Positions 1-12,075 of a stretch of 55,780 nt of DNA are shown piece by piece. Positions within the stretch are counted from its first letter, which is position 1; each line of letters opens with the position of its first letter. The notes below the pieces were generated by a model, which was given only the letters and a program-made list of their open reading frames with translations, was not told the DNA's origin and searched no databases. Source of the DNA: Prorocentrum cordatum. Taxonomy: Eukaryota. The translations under genes were made by a program, and so were the position numbers. Location of the stretch: contig CAUYUJ010000134.1 of NCBI GenBank assembly GCA_963575745.1, positions 62,001 through 117,780 on the forward strand, written 5' to 3'.

Positions 1-300
1 TGGACTGTCCTGAGGGTTTGCCCGTCAAGTCTGCCACATCTTGAAAAGTCCATCCCTTCAGAAAAGCACTGCCAACGTCGCGGGGCAACTACACCCAACG
101 CGGGCGACTCGCCGCATAAAAATTCACGATGCGCTGACTGTCTCGATGCCGTCGCGCCACGTGTCCAGGCGGTCCTGCTGCATATCCTTGAAGCCCTCTG
201 ATGCACAGACGGGCCTTGGTGCCTAGCTTTCCACCGGGCTGCTTCTTTCAACGAATGACCAGTCTGGAACCCATCAAGGTGTCGCGCCCTCGCCGGCTGC
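1..300 (-). pseudogene. Copia reverse transcriptase (RVT_2) N-terminal fragment
   Basis: Manual minus-strand translation across frameshifts gives KARLCIRG-FKDMQQDRLDT-ATASRQSQRIVNFYAA...DVGSAFLKGW, which matches the copia RT KARL..RG / D...AFL.G motifs. Confidence 0.8.
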
Positions 301-1353
301 GTTGAATAAGCGAGCCAGACTCCATCCACTTGTCAAGTTATCGCAGCGTGGCCTTTTCAACTTCCAATCGATGCTTGATCGGGCCCTCCCTGCGCAAGCT
401 CATCTGCTTCTCGTTCGAGCACCGTCTGGGTTTTTGCCCGACGAGCTCACAACCAACACCACGTAGTGACCATTGTCAGCTGCAGAGAGATATGACCTCT
501 GACGCCGTCGCACCGGCATCGTCCGCGGCCAGGACCAAAAGCTTAAAGACCCCCGCGCTGAACTCCACCGCCACTGGCTCCTCCGAAATCACCTGCGTGC
601 CTAGCGCCTCTCCCACCTGGACCGCGTCCACGACTCTGGAGCCCATCCTGTATTCAGCGTCAGGCGCGCAGGAACTGCCCAAGACAGAGCGGTAGGATCC
701 GAAGTCGTTCTCCATCTGTCCTGGCCATCCGAGGCCCCAGGGCCCCCTCCGACCACGGATCCTGCACATCTGAATTCGAATTGGGTTCGACCTCATAGGG
801 CCGATTGAACGGTCTCCACGTTGGTCGCAAGAGCTCTGGATGAGCGCCTGGGCCCCCAAGACGCGCTGTGCCCTGAGCCTCCGGCTCCGACGCCCCTGAC
901 TCGGCGTCGATCGTAGCCCCGGGACATGGCCAACGATGTTCGAGGCGGTCTCCATCATAAGCATCCTCACGCGGTTGCACCTGTCCTCGAGGCGGCGGGT
1001 CCGGCACCTCGCTCACCACGGGTAAGTCCGACACGTCTCGCGGCCCGCCAACGCGAGGAAAATGCGCGCCGGGTTGCCCCAGCACTGTCGCTGCGGCCAC
1101 ATCAAACATGAGAAACTGCACCCAGCACGCTCTGGCATAATCTTGACCCTGTACATGCTACGCGCTCGCCTTCTCCTGAGGGCCGTAGCTTGCGCGGCGA
1201 TACCTGTCTGTCTCCAGGCAACCACCACGCTGTCAGACACGCGCGCGCGATACCCGCGAGCTCGGGGCATCTCTTTCGCGCTGGATCCGAGCCTGACTGC
1301 AAGAACTCCACGCAGCTGGAAATCACATGCACCGACATGAAAGGCTGCACACA

Positions 1354-2450
1354 TCAAGCTTGGCAAACGTCAGCTCGCACGAGTGAACCTCCAGCGACCA
1401 TCTCGTCCGATCTCGCACCCCAGAGCACCGTCGTCGTCTTCGCCATGTTCTCGACAAAATACACCAAGAGCTGACACGGCTGGACGTCTTCCCTTCCAGG
1501 CGCGGCCAGGATCGCAATCCACGTAACTGCCCTGCGCACGTCTGCTGGCCGACATGGCAAGGTCCTGCCCTGCCACCTGGCATCTGTGATGCCCTCGTCT
1601 GCTCGCTCCATAGACATCACCCTGCAAGGCCCACGCCAGCCAGCGACGCCCTCGTCCGACGGAGCCCTGAAGATGTCAACCTGGTCGCCCGGCTTGACAT
1701 CGAGGAGCTGCGATGCTGGTCGCGCTCGCGTCCTCGCTGCCAGTTGCAGTCGCTCTTGCGCAGTTCCTCGAACGACACTGGCCAAGGTCAACTCTCGCAC
1801 TCGACGCAAGCGCCGCGATATCTCGCCTCCTGCTTCACCATCCGATTCAGCGCCCACGCCGCCAAACACCAGCAGAATGCCCGGCACCCTCCCGAACAAA
1901 GCAGCGTAGGAAGTCGTGCCATGCACGCTCAACAGGGCGTTCTGCGCGAAGAGCGACTTGTCTAACACCTCGTCCTTGGTCACTCGTATGCCTTCTTCTC
2001 GCGTCTGACCCCGAGTTTGACGATACTGACGTCTAAACAGATCATCCCTTCTCTCGACGACGCGCGCGCTCCATCCTGCTTGCGTTTCAGTTCCACCTTC
2101 TAGCGGTCCGCCCAGACGGCTCCCTCATCTGAGAAGAGCGCGCCTTCCTGATCAGGAACGATGAGCTTCGGCGCCCCATGGACCCTGAACCAGATGCGCG
2201 CCTTCGCTGGCAGCACGTCGCCTGGCTCCTTCGACATCACAAACAGGCCATGAGCCCAGCGAGCGCATATATCTGCAGGATGCACCACGACGCCGCGCCC
2301 CCCCCCCCCCAAAAAAAAAAGCCCCGCAGGCGTTGAGCGGGCACATCACAGCCGAATATGCAAGCGTCGCAACGTGCGCCGTACCATTCCTGAGGCAGCA
2401 GATCGCAGCCCTTTTTGAATAACACGTCTCATATCCCAGTGTGCCCAGAC
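1354..2450 (-). pseudogene. Copia integrase remnants (Zn-binding, rve core, C-terminal)
   Basis: LRRLHIRL (ORF 2346-2810), HGAPKLIVPDQEGALFSDE (ORF 2100-2312), AQNALLSVHGTTSYAALFGRVP and PGDQVDIFR...GWRGPCRV (ORF 1354-1983). Split by frameshifts. Confidence 0.8.
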
Positions 2451-4009
2451 TGGTCCGGCATCGATCTGCGAGATTGTATCTTGGAAGCGTCGTCGTCGAA
2501 GGGCCACCTCCTCGGCACCGGCCCGGGCCGGCGCATCTGCTCCTTCACCTGGCACAACAGCATCCTCAGTTGGCACGACTGCACCCTCAGTTGGCACAAC
2601 AGCACCATCGGCGGGCGCGGCAGCAGCTCCTCCAGAGGGCGGAGCACCAGCTCCACCGACTCCGCCGCAGGGTGAAGCGGCACCTCCCCCTCGTTCCCGC
2701 TCGAGGGCGCACCCGATGTCCTGCCCCAGCCGCTCGCGAGGCCAGTGCTCGAGGATCGCGGGCGTGAGCCCATCCCGAGGAAAGAGTACCGACTGTCCGA
2801 GGACCCTCAATGACTGGGCAACAGTTGGTGTCGCACGTGCGGCGAGAGTCGAACCTGTCCCTGCCCGCCTTACAAGCGGGGCACGAGCACTCCTCGGACT
2901 CGACCAGCGGGCGCCTGCACCGCACAGGAATTCGATTGTAGGAGGGGCGCGTTCTCACCCGATTCCCCCTACACCCTGGACAGTAAGTGATCACATCTGC
3001 CTTCGCCAGCTCATTCCGACGAGGTCGCGGAACAGGATGTCCTGGCGGCGGCGCCGCCGCCTCCGCCGGAGGTGCTGGAGCCGGCAGTCCAGATGGGGGG
3101 CCGATCGCCGCCGATACCCCAGCTGGATTCAGTCGAGGGTACGAGGCAGCCGTAGGATAAACGAGCCGTCGCGGATCCAGTTCACGCAGCCAAATCAACT
3201 CAGAAATCCCGTCTGCCAGCGTCCGCGCGAACTGCCAAGTCCAAATATGCGAAGGTCTCGTCCCTGTCAGAACGTTATCTTGTCCGTGCAGGTGTCGATC
3301 ACAGACCTTCGAACGAAGCCGATACACCAGCACCTCATGGCTGGCCCATACCTCCTCCGGCTTGCTCAGCGGTTCTTGTTGGCGCTCATCAGCCCCAGCA
3401 TGCACATATTGAAGCTGCCCATGCCATGCTTATCTTCGCCAAACTGACCCACTCAGGCACTGGGCGGATCGCTGGGCGGGAGTTCACAATGCCCGGTTCA
3501 ACGTCCAATCCGACGTGGGGGGGGCGATCCTGCCGACATCTCGGGCGGGGCTCAATCAACGCACGGGGGGGTCTCAGTGAACGTACGGGGGTGGCTCAGT
3601 CAACGCACGAGGGGTGGCTCAGTCAACGCAGGGGAGGTCTCAGTCAACGCACTGGGGTGGACGGTTTGCGCAACATGTGGGGTCGAAGAAGTTCCTGGCA
3701 AGATCGGAAAAAAACGCACTTTTTGTGATGGTTTTTCGTTTTGACAAATTAGCGGTCGGCGTGCGAAACTCTGTAGATCAGACCCGGCGGCAGCGTGCAC
3801 CCATGAAATCTCGCAACCCGTCACGGTCCAGCTGTCCCCCCCATGGTTCCCAGCCGGGAGTGGCAGGGGAGGTCTCATTCAACGTACTGGGGTACTGGGG
3901 TGGACGGCTTGCGCAACATACGCAATCGAAGAAGTCCCTGGCCAGATCAAGAAAAACTCACTTTTTGTGAGGGCTTCCGTCCTAAAAATGATACTGGTAA
4001 GAAAACCCA

Positions 4010-5523
4010 ATCAGAGTCATTGCTTGATCTTACATGAGATCCCTTAGCAATCGCTCCTTAGGTTTATGAAGTCTGCGAGGGCTATGAAGCCCCTGAGGGC
4101 TAGGGTTATAGGGCTACAAGGCTACAGGGCTATAGAGCTGTAGGGCTATAGGGCTATGGGGCTGTAGCGCAGTAGGGCTACAGGGCTATAGAGCTATATG
4201 GGCTATATGAGCTATATGGGCTATAGGGCTATAGGGCTAGAGGCCTATAGGGCTATAGCCCTACACGGCTATAGAGCTATAGGGCTATATTGGCTATTGG
4301 GCTATTGGGCTATTGGGCTATAGGGCTATAGAGCTGAAGGGCTATAGGGCTATAGGGCTGAAGGGCTATAGGGCTATAAGGCTTTAGGGCTATAGGGCAA
4401 TAGAACTTCCGGGCACCTGGGCACCTGGGCACCCCGGGGCACCTCCAGGCACCCCCGGGCACCTCCGGGCAACCCCGGGCACCTCCGGGCACCCCCAACC
4501 ACCCAGGCAATCGGGCATGCGGGCACCCCCGGGCACCCTGGCACCCGGGCACCCGGGCCGGCCACCGACATCGGCGACGCACCTCACCTAACCATATGAT
4601 ACCGGAGGAAAAAAACAATCAGGGATCTTTTTGATCTTACATGAGATCCCTTTGTAGTTGGTCCTTAGGTTTATGAAGTCTGCGAGGGCTGTGAAGGCCA
4701 TGAGGGCTAGGGCTATAGGGCTAGGGCTACAGGGCTATAGGGCTATCGGGCTGTAGGGCTACAGCGCTGTAGGGCTGTAGGGCCATGGGACTGTAGGGCT
4801 ATAGGGCTATATGGGCCATAGGGCTATAGGGCTATAGGGCTATAGGGCTATGGGAGTATTGGGCTTTGGGGCTATTGGGCTGTAGGGCTATAGAGCTAAA
4901 GGGCTCTAGGGCTATAGGGCTATAGGGCTATAGGGCTATGGGGCTATGGGGCTGTAGGGTTATAGGCCTACATGGGCTATAGGGCTACAGGGCTATAGGG
5001 CTATAGGGGGCAATAGGGCTATAAGGCTGTAGGGCTATAGGGCTGTACGGCTATAGGGCTATAGGGCTATAGGGCTATAGGGCTATAGAGCTATAGGGCT
5101 GTATGGGCTATGGGGCTATTGGGCGGTTGGGCTATAGGGCTATGTAGCTGAAGGGCTATAGGTCTCTAGGGCTCTAGGGCTATAGGGCTACAGGGCTACA
5201 GGCCTATAGGGCTACAGGGCTATAGGGTTATAGGGCTACAGGGTAATAGGGCTATAGGGCTATAGGGCTATATGGCTATAGGACTATAGGGCTATAGGGC
5301 GATAGGGCTATAGTGCTATATGGCGATAGAGCACCCGGGCACCCGGGCACCTGGGCACCCCTGGGCACCTCCGGGCACCCCCGGGCACCTCCGGGCACCC
5401 CCGGGCACCCCCGGGCACCCGGGCACCCGGGCACCCCCGGGCACCTGGGTACCCAGGCACCCGGGCACCCGGGCACCCGGGCGGGCAACCGAAATCGGCA
5501 ACGCACCTCACCTAACCATATGA
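4010..5523. repeat. Two tandem copies of a composite unit: unique head + (GGGCTATA)n + (GGGCACCC)n + tail
   Basis: Head TTGATCTTACATGAGATCCCT occurs at ~4024 and ~4631. Tail CACCTCACCTAACCATATGA occurs at ~4580 and ~5504. Both 8-mer arrays are present in each copy. Confidence 0.9.
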
Positions 5524-5947
5524 ATCCACTAGGACCCCTACAGAAGCAAGCTCTGATTGGGGAATGAATCCGCTAGGACCCCTACAGAGGCAAGCTCTGA
5601 TTGGGGAATTAGCGGTCGGCGTGCGAAACTCTGTAAATCTGACCCCGCGGCGTCGTGTACTCATGAAATCTCGCACCCCGTCACGGTCCAGCTGCCCCCC
5701 CCTGTCCCCGCGGCCCCCCACAGCGCAGCGCGGTATCAGGGGCGGAACTGCGACAGGACCCCATTGGCCGGAATTGTGCCCCATCGGGAGCTACTCAGGA
5801 TTTTTTCGGCTCCAAGGCCCTGGTGGGTGCGTTCGCATAAAGCATAAGAGCATAAGGCATAAATGTCCCACGCTCATTCCAGCAGACCCCCCACATGTTT
5901 CGCGCCCTAGGGAGCTCCAGTGGAACCTCCACCTCCTTCCCCCCCCG

Positions 5948-5962
5948 TCCGTAGCCATTTTG
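5948..5962 (+). other. Truncated dinoflagellate spliced-leader relic
   Basis: TCCGTAGCCATTTTG is identical to the first 15 nt of DinoSL (DCCGTAGCCATTTTGGCTCAAG) and runs directly into (GAG)n. Confidence 0.6.
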
Positions 5963-6209
5963 AGGAGGAGGAGGAGGAGGAGGAGAAGGAGGAGGAGAGC
6001 GAGGAAGGATTTGATGATGAGGATGAGGATGAGGATGAAGAGGATGAAGAGGATGAGGGATGAGGATAAGGATGACGGAGACCCAATGACGAGGCGACTC
6101 ACGGCGACAGAGAGCCGAGCTAGAGGCCAGCTTCCCGAGTTACAAGCCACCGACGGCAAAATGGTCCGTGATGGGGACATGTGCCGACGGGCCGCCGACG
6201 AGCCGCAGA

Positions 6210-6770
6210 AGGAACCTCCTGGGGCCTCCGGGGGCCTCCTGGACTTTTCAGGGCCTCATGGGGCCTCTTGTTGCCTCCAGGGGCCTCTCGGGGCCTCCTC
6301 GGGCCTCCTGAGGGTATCCTGAAGCCTCCTGCGGCCTCTTGGGGCCTCCTCTGGTCTCCTGAGAGCCTCGTGGAGTTTCCTGGGACCTCTTGGGTCTTCG
6401 GGTGCCTCCTGGACCTCGCAGGGAGGCTCCTGGGGCCTCCTACTGTCTCCTGCTGCCGCTTGGGATCCTGAAGCCCCATGGGGCTTCTTGGGGCCCCCAT
6501 CGGGTCTCCTGAGGGCCTCGTGGAGCCTCCTGGGACCTCTTGGGGCATCCTCGAGCCTCCTGAGGGCCTCCCGGGCCCTCCTTGAACCTCCTGGGACCTC
6601 TTGGGCCTCCTCGGGCCTCCCGAAGGCCTCCTGAGGGCCTCCTGGGGCCTCCTGGGCTCCCGGGGCCTCCTCGGACCTTCAGGGCCTCCTGAAAGCCTCC
6701 TGCGGCCTCCTGGAACTCTTGGAACCTCTTGGAGAATCCTGGAACTTCCTGGAAAACTCGAGGACATTGC
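6210..6770. repeat. Degenerate (GGGCCTCCT)-like minisatellite
   Basis: Recurrent GGGCCTCCT/GGGCCTCTT units. Confidence 0.85.
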
Positions 6771-9700
6771 TGAGGCTGCCCTGATACCAGCCCCCATCAG
6801 ACTCAGTCCCAAGCGCCTGGTGCCACAGGGCGATGGCCTCCACGAGCGGCGCAAGCTTCGCGGCGGCTTCGGCGTCGATCATTCTCTCAAGCTCCGATTC
6901 TAACCCGACGGGGGCGGGGTCGGCGGGACCTGGAACCTCGTCGGGTTTCTGGCGGACGTCCAAGGCGATTCGGGCGCCCCCCGGAACGCTCTCGGCGCGT
7001 CGCAACTGCAAGAGAGCATCCCGAACTGCTCCTACCCTCGCCCAACACTATTTTTACCTAACGTCCTCGAATTTTGGGATTACCGTCCGGGATTAGCGGG
7101 CCTCCCGGGCAGCTCCCGGGCCCCGACCTCCCGGACGGCGTCCCCCATGTAGTCCCGTTAATGAAATCGCCGACCCCGCCCCCCTCGATCCGGCCGGCTC
7201 CGCCCCCCTCGGGCGAGGTGGTCGACACTTGGCTGGAATCCGAGCTTGAGATGATGATCTACGCCGACGACGCCGCGAAGCCTGCGCCGCTCGTGGAGGC
7301 CATCGCCGCGTGGCAGGGGGTCAGTCAGACTTACAGAGCTTCGCACGCCGACCGCTAATTTTTCAAAACGAAAACCCTCACCAAAAATACGTTTTCCGCG
7401 GTCTAACCGGGGACTTCTTCGATCGCACATGTAACGCAAACCGTCCACCCCAGTACGTTGACTGAGACCCCCCGTACGTTGACGGAGCCACCCCCCGCAC
7501 GTTGACTGAGCCAGCCCCGCACGTTGACTGAGACCCCCAACGTGCTTTGACTGAGCAACCCCATGGGGTAGGCAGAGGAACCTTCACTGCGTACCCCGCC
7601 GACGGGCCGGGGCGGAATTGTGACCGGACCTCTAAACCCCCTTTTAAAAATTCACCCAGCTCCGGCATGAGGTACATGCGACTTCCCCGAAGCAGCTCGC
7701 TCACATAGCGTCGTCCAACGTCGATCAAACGACGAGCAGCATCCGCACATTTTCTTTCAAGATGATAAGAGACCTCCGCGCTGCGATGATGCACTTCGCT
7801 GCCGATCGCTTCGTTGACCGTGCACCATCCTGATGTGGCCGTACATTGAGGCGCCATAAATACCACTCCTGCAGGTAACGACACAATTCACCCTCCTCGT
7901 CCTGCTGCGAGATCCACACTCATAATTGCATCAAAGTTGCGTCCGCCGATGCAACGTCGCCGAACAAGCAGCTGGGTCGCTCGACCTTCGCCGCCCCTGA
8001 TCTCGACCACGTCCACGAAGAAATCGCCGACCTTCTGCCTCACCTGCGCCAAGAAGAATCGGCCCGACAAGATACCGAAAAAATGGTGACCTCGCTCGGT
8101 GGGTCGATCAACGTGGAAACGACGAATGACGCCGCGGGCGTCGATGTCGCTCTGCCCCGGGAAATTACACATGACCCCATTGCCCGGCACCCCCCGCCAA
8201 CAGACTTCCAATGGCGAACCGAGCCCACCCAGATCCTCGCCACGATCACCCATCACATCTGGGAACAAGATCCACGCGATCTTCCTCGTGGGCCGCTGTC
8301 CTCCAGCTCTTTGAGATCATGGCTTCTTCGCGCAGGATTCGGCAGAGTCCGCGGGAAAGAAGCTCGCCGTCGCGGGCAAAGCCACCGAGGGACGCGCGTC
8401 GACTGCCCCGTCTGGCCCAGTCTAACGATATCGAGCTGCTCGCTCATCATCGGCCGTCGCACGGTCACCATCATTCACCACGTCGATTAGCATATCTCGA
8501 AGTTGGTCATGCCAGGAGGCCGCCAAGAACCAACATCTTAGCACGGGGTGCCCCACGCCAGTACATATGCGATGATCTGCATCAATCTCCCCACAGCAAC
8601 GAGGATCTGAGCGAAGATCAACAGTCGTGGACAACCTTTGACTCGCAGCGGGCGTGATATCGCTTCCAGATTGAGGGTGGCTGCACCATCTGTGATCGGT
8701 CATCGCGCATCCTGGCAGGGTCGTCGTCGCCGCCCCTGTGGCACCCCCTCTGGCCAGGCCTCATTCATTGTCATAATCTGAGTATCGACCAGCAACACAC
8801 ATCTAAGTTAAATGAGACGAGCGATGAGCATTGAGGCCGCCACAAATCGCTGCCTCTGCTCGCCCCTCCAGCCCTGCTTGCGAGCGAGGTCCCCAACGGC
8901 AGGTTGGGCTCGCATCCACGCCCCCATCGGCGCATTCCCCGTTCCAGGAATCTAAAAACACATTCCATGGTCGACAGATGCAGCAGACTCAAACGCGCAA
9001 ACTCGGCGTTCGCCTGGACCAGCAACTTGGCGCGGATCGGACGGCCGTCGCCCTCATCGACCACGATCATCTCCAGGCCCTCCCCAGGAACATCCAGGTG
9101 CCCAGCCGCCCATTCCACTGCGGCGCCGCCGCCGCATGCTAGCGGCAGCCCGCGGCCGCAACGCGATGCCAGATCCTCCGACGAGGCGGCCGCCGGAACG
9201 ATCCCCTGCGTCTTCGCGCCCTCGCCCGTGCTGTCCTTCGCCCCGCGGGGATGCCGAGTCGCGGGCCCCCGTTTCTCTCCGGCCCAAGCGCCCTTGCCTC
9301 CGCCCAGAAAGTGCGAGACGGAAAGCGGCAGATGTCCGGGTCGCGACGTCGAGGGGTCGGAGACGAGCGCCCCGGGCGGGGGAGCGAATGGGGCCCCCCC
9401 CGGCCCGCACAAGTACAGCTTGCAATCGATCAGACCCAGCACCGCCCGATTCTGCTCGAGGCCGCGCTGCCCCCGCAGCGCGGGGATGTCGGAATTGGGG
9501 GCCGCCGGCGCTGGTTAATCCAAATGGCGCGCCTCGCCCGGCACGTCCTTCGCGGCGCCCGGCACCTCGGCCTACCCCGTCGGCGATCTGAGCGTCGGCT
9601 CCGACGCCGCCCACGCCGATATATTTGTCCATATCCGTCTGCGTCGGCCCCAGCTGCGCCTCCCACGCCAGCACGCCCCGCGCTCGACCCGCCGGTCGCG

Positions 9701-10909
9701 CGCCAGATTGTCGCGGGCCCCATGGGCCGATCAACAGGCACTCCACACCCTCCGCCCTCGTCGCTTCCAGAAACGCCCGCCTGGTCTCGCCGCACCTCTC
9801 GAACACAGGAGCCACGAACCACTTCAGAACAGAAGCGTCTGCGCTCTCGGCCTCGCCCGCTCGATCATCTGCGCGGCCTCGTTTCCGACTGCCACGTGCT
9901 CCGAAGACGTCGAGAGCAGACCCTGCGAGGCCGACGAACCGCAACCACGGCGGACATCTTCGCCGGGAAGCACGCCTGGCCGGGACTGTGACTGGCACAA
10001 GCGCGAGCCCTCCTTCATCTCGCATTCCATATGGATATGGCCCTTTCACCTCCAGGCAGTATATGTCTTCGCGCTCCACCTCGTCCTCTGGCGCCACGAA
10101 GAAGTGCCTCGTCGCCGGCGGCGCCGAAAGCTGGCCAGTCAGCTGTTGCCACTGCTGCAGATCGCTCGCAGGCTGCCTGACATTGCTGCCGGCCGCCTGA
10201 CGTGGCTCGACGCTGGCGAGGCTCTTCAGCCCCTGGGGCATTGCACATCCGCCACAAATGCGTCTCGCTGCCATTGGTCGCACTTGAGCGGCTGTCCGTT
10301 CGAGCAGCGCGGGCTGGCCCTGTCGCCCTTTCCCTTTCCCTTGCAATACTCGCGCGCGTTCCATGCACAGTCGGGACAAGGAGCTCCACCACCGATTGCT
10401 GATAGGAATCGACCACCCACTGCTGCGCTGAAACCGAATGACCTTCTTGCCTCTGCTCTTGCCTGTGCCAGAGTATTGGCGTTTGCGAGGTGGTCGATCT
10501 GTCCGACGACGCGGATGCTTCTTGGCCATCGCGTATATATCTTACAGATCCTCGTCTGAAATATTTGGTCCAAGCTCAATCGTGGTCTCTGTCAAGGCCA
10601 CGCCGTCATCTTCGCTGCTCTCGGTCATGTCCTGACCTTCTTGGTTATAGAAAGCCTGTTGACAGGAGCTGCACCAGCATCCGTCTGCATTATGAGCCAC
10701 GCTTGCTCCTCCAGCGGCGCCGCCTCGCAATCGTCCCGATTATGACGAAGCAACCCCAGGAAAGCACGGCTGCTGTTGCGTTCCTGAAGTGTGCCCGCGT
10801 CCTGCTGCTGGCTGTTGTCCGAAGAGAAGAATCCGTCCGTTTCACTTCGCGTCTGGTCCATGTACTGATGCTGCTGCTGATGCCTTGATTGACGTGCTGC
10901 TTGTGCCAA

Positions 10910-11617
10910 TCAACTCCGCTCGCACAGATGACGCTGCGGCCGAATGACAGCTGTCGGTGCCGCGAGGCACGCCTCGTTCGCTGGTAAGCTGCCTCCCATC
11001 AATGCCAAGAACTCAGCCCGTTGATTCAGTGGTACACCAAGCGCATTCAGCAACATCCACGCTAGGTTGGGCACGCCCATGTGGAATTTTCCTATATGAT
11101 CTGGTTTGAACCCCGAAAGATCAAATCTGGTTAGCGTTTGATCTATCGGTTCGCCTGGTTTTCGTCGAAAACAACCAGGTCCAGCAATCGATGTCTCGAT
11201 CTCGATTGGCAAAAACTTCCTGCGAAATCCATGGATGAGCAAATCCATTCCTGAGTGCCACCGGTTGCCGCTGCCGTCCCGAAAATCCAAACAGACCCCA
11301 CCTTGAAGCTGCTGTGGAGGTACTTCTAATGACATCTCTCGTGGCAATCCTCCGAGCTGTAGTAAACCTGTAAGTGCCATCGAACGTGAGGGTATGTCGG
11401 TCGTGGTTTCCCACATTCGTACATCCGTGATCCAATCCTTCAGTGGGCAAACTGCTTCGCGACTTGGACCCAAATTCGGTGATACCTTCGTGTTCGACTG
11501 CATGATGAATCCAGTGGCTGGCCCAGCTCCACCAACACCTTCACGCATACCTGCCATGGTGATGAAATTGTCGCGCAGGGGATGCTGCTGCGGTACGTCC
11601 AAGACGATGTTCAGCAA
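10910..11617 (-). pseudogene. Copia gag-like region
   Basis: 235-aa ORF lies immediately 3' of the PBS and contains LKDWITDVRMWETTTDI...FRRKPGEPIDQTLTRFD. A degenerate Zn-knuckle follows (~10280) and then a protease-like segment (LLIGPWG, ~9730). Confidence 0.7.
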
Positions 11618-11651
11618 TCACGTACAGGGATCTTGTACGAGATCACACCTG

Positions 11652-11662
11652 CGCCGCTACCA
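11652..11662 (-). promoter_or_regulatory. Primer-binding site (initiator tRNA-Met-like)
   Basis: Minus strand reads ...TTCA-GT-TGGTAGCGGCG, i.e. LTR-terminal CA, a 2-nt spacer and a TGG-initiated PBS just upstream of gag. Confidence 0.7.
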
Positions 11663-11664
11663 AC

Positions 11665-12075
11665 TGAATTTCCAGGCACTCCTCCTCCTCCTCCTGCTCC
11701 TCCTCCTCCTCCTGTTCCTCCTCCTCCTCCTCCTCCTCCTCCTCCCCCTCCTCAGTGCAAGAGAGGAGGTCCACACACAGTTCTGGCGCGTCCACCAGTG
11801 AAACGCTGCAGCACGCCCTGGCACTGATCAGGTGCAGGGGAAAGAAGATGGAGAGGACGAAGAAGTCTATGACAGACTTCGTCGTGGTTATGGATATGAC
11901 CACGGGTCGGGTCTGCACGAGGGATCTCGGCTCTCCACAAACGGACTTGAGCCAAAGCGGCGTCGGTCGACACGCTTTGACATTCACTGCTGCGACATGC
12001 TACATACATCATTCTGCGTGGGTATGCCGAGCACCCTCCCCAATCTCGGGAGATCCACTACACTTTAACTACACA
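11665..12075 (-). repeat. Candidate 5' LTR (TG...CA)
   Basis: Minus strand starts TGTGTAG at 12075 and ends CA at 11665 next to the PBS. The outer boundary is unconfirmed because the 3' LTR is outside the window. Confidence 0.5.

Larger units (their letters stand above)
3485..7622. mobile_element. Non-coding fold-back-like insertion with ~240-bp inverted arms
   Basis: 3545-3785 is the reverse complement of ~7320-7565 (CTCAGTCAACG subrepeats, GGGGTGGACGGTTTGCG, AAATTAGCGGTCGGCGTGCGAA). CACAAT at the left end and ATTGTG at the right end. No TSD found. Confidence 0.6.
1..12075 (-). mobile_element. Decayed Ty1/copia-type LTR retrotransposon (5' LTR-PBS-gag-protease-insert-integrase-RT), interrupted at ~3485-7622 and running off the window start
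   Basis: Minus-strand domain order has integrase before RT (copia order). Gag-like PLKDWITDVRMWETTTDI, integrase motifs and RVT_2 motifs are present, with many frameshifts and stops. The two halves could come from different copies of one family. Confidence 0.8.

Noticed and set aside
9054..10529. 491-aa ORF as an intact gene
   Set aside because: A frame-shifting mosaic within the decayed copia gag-protease region, with a degenerate protease motif.
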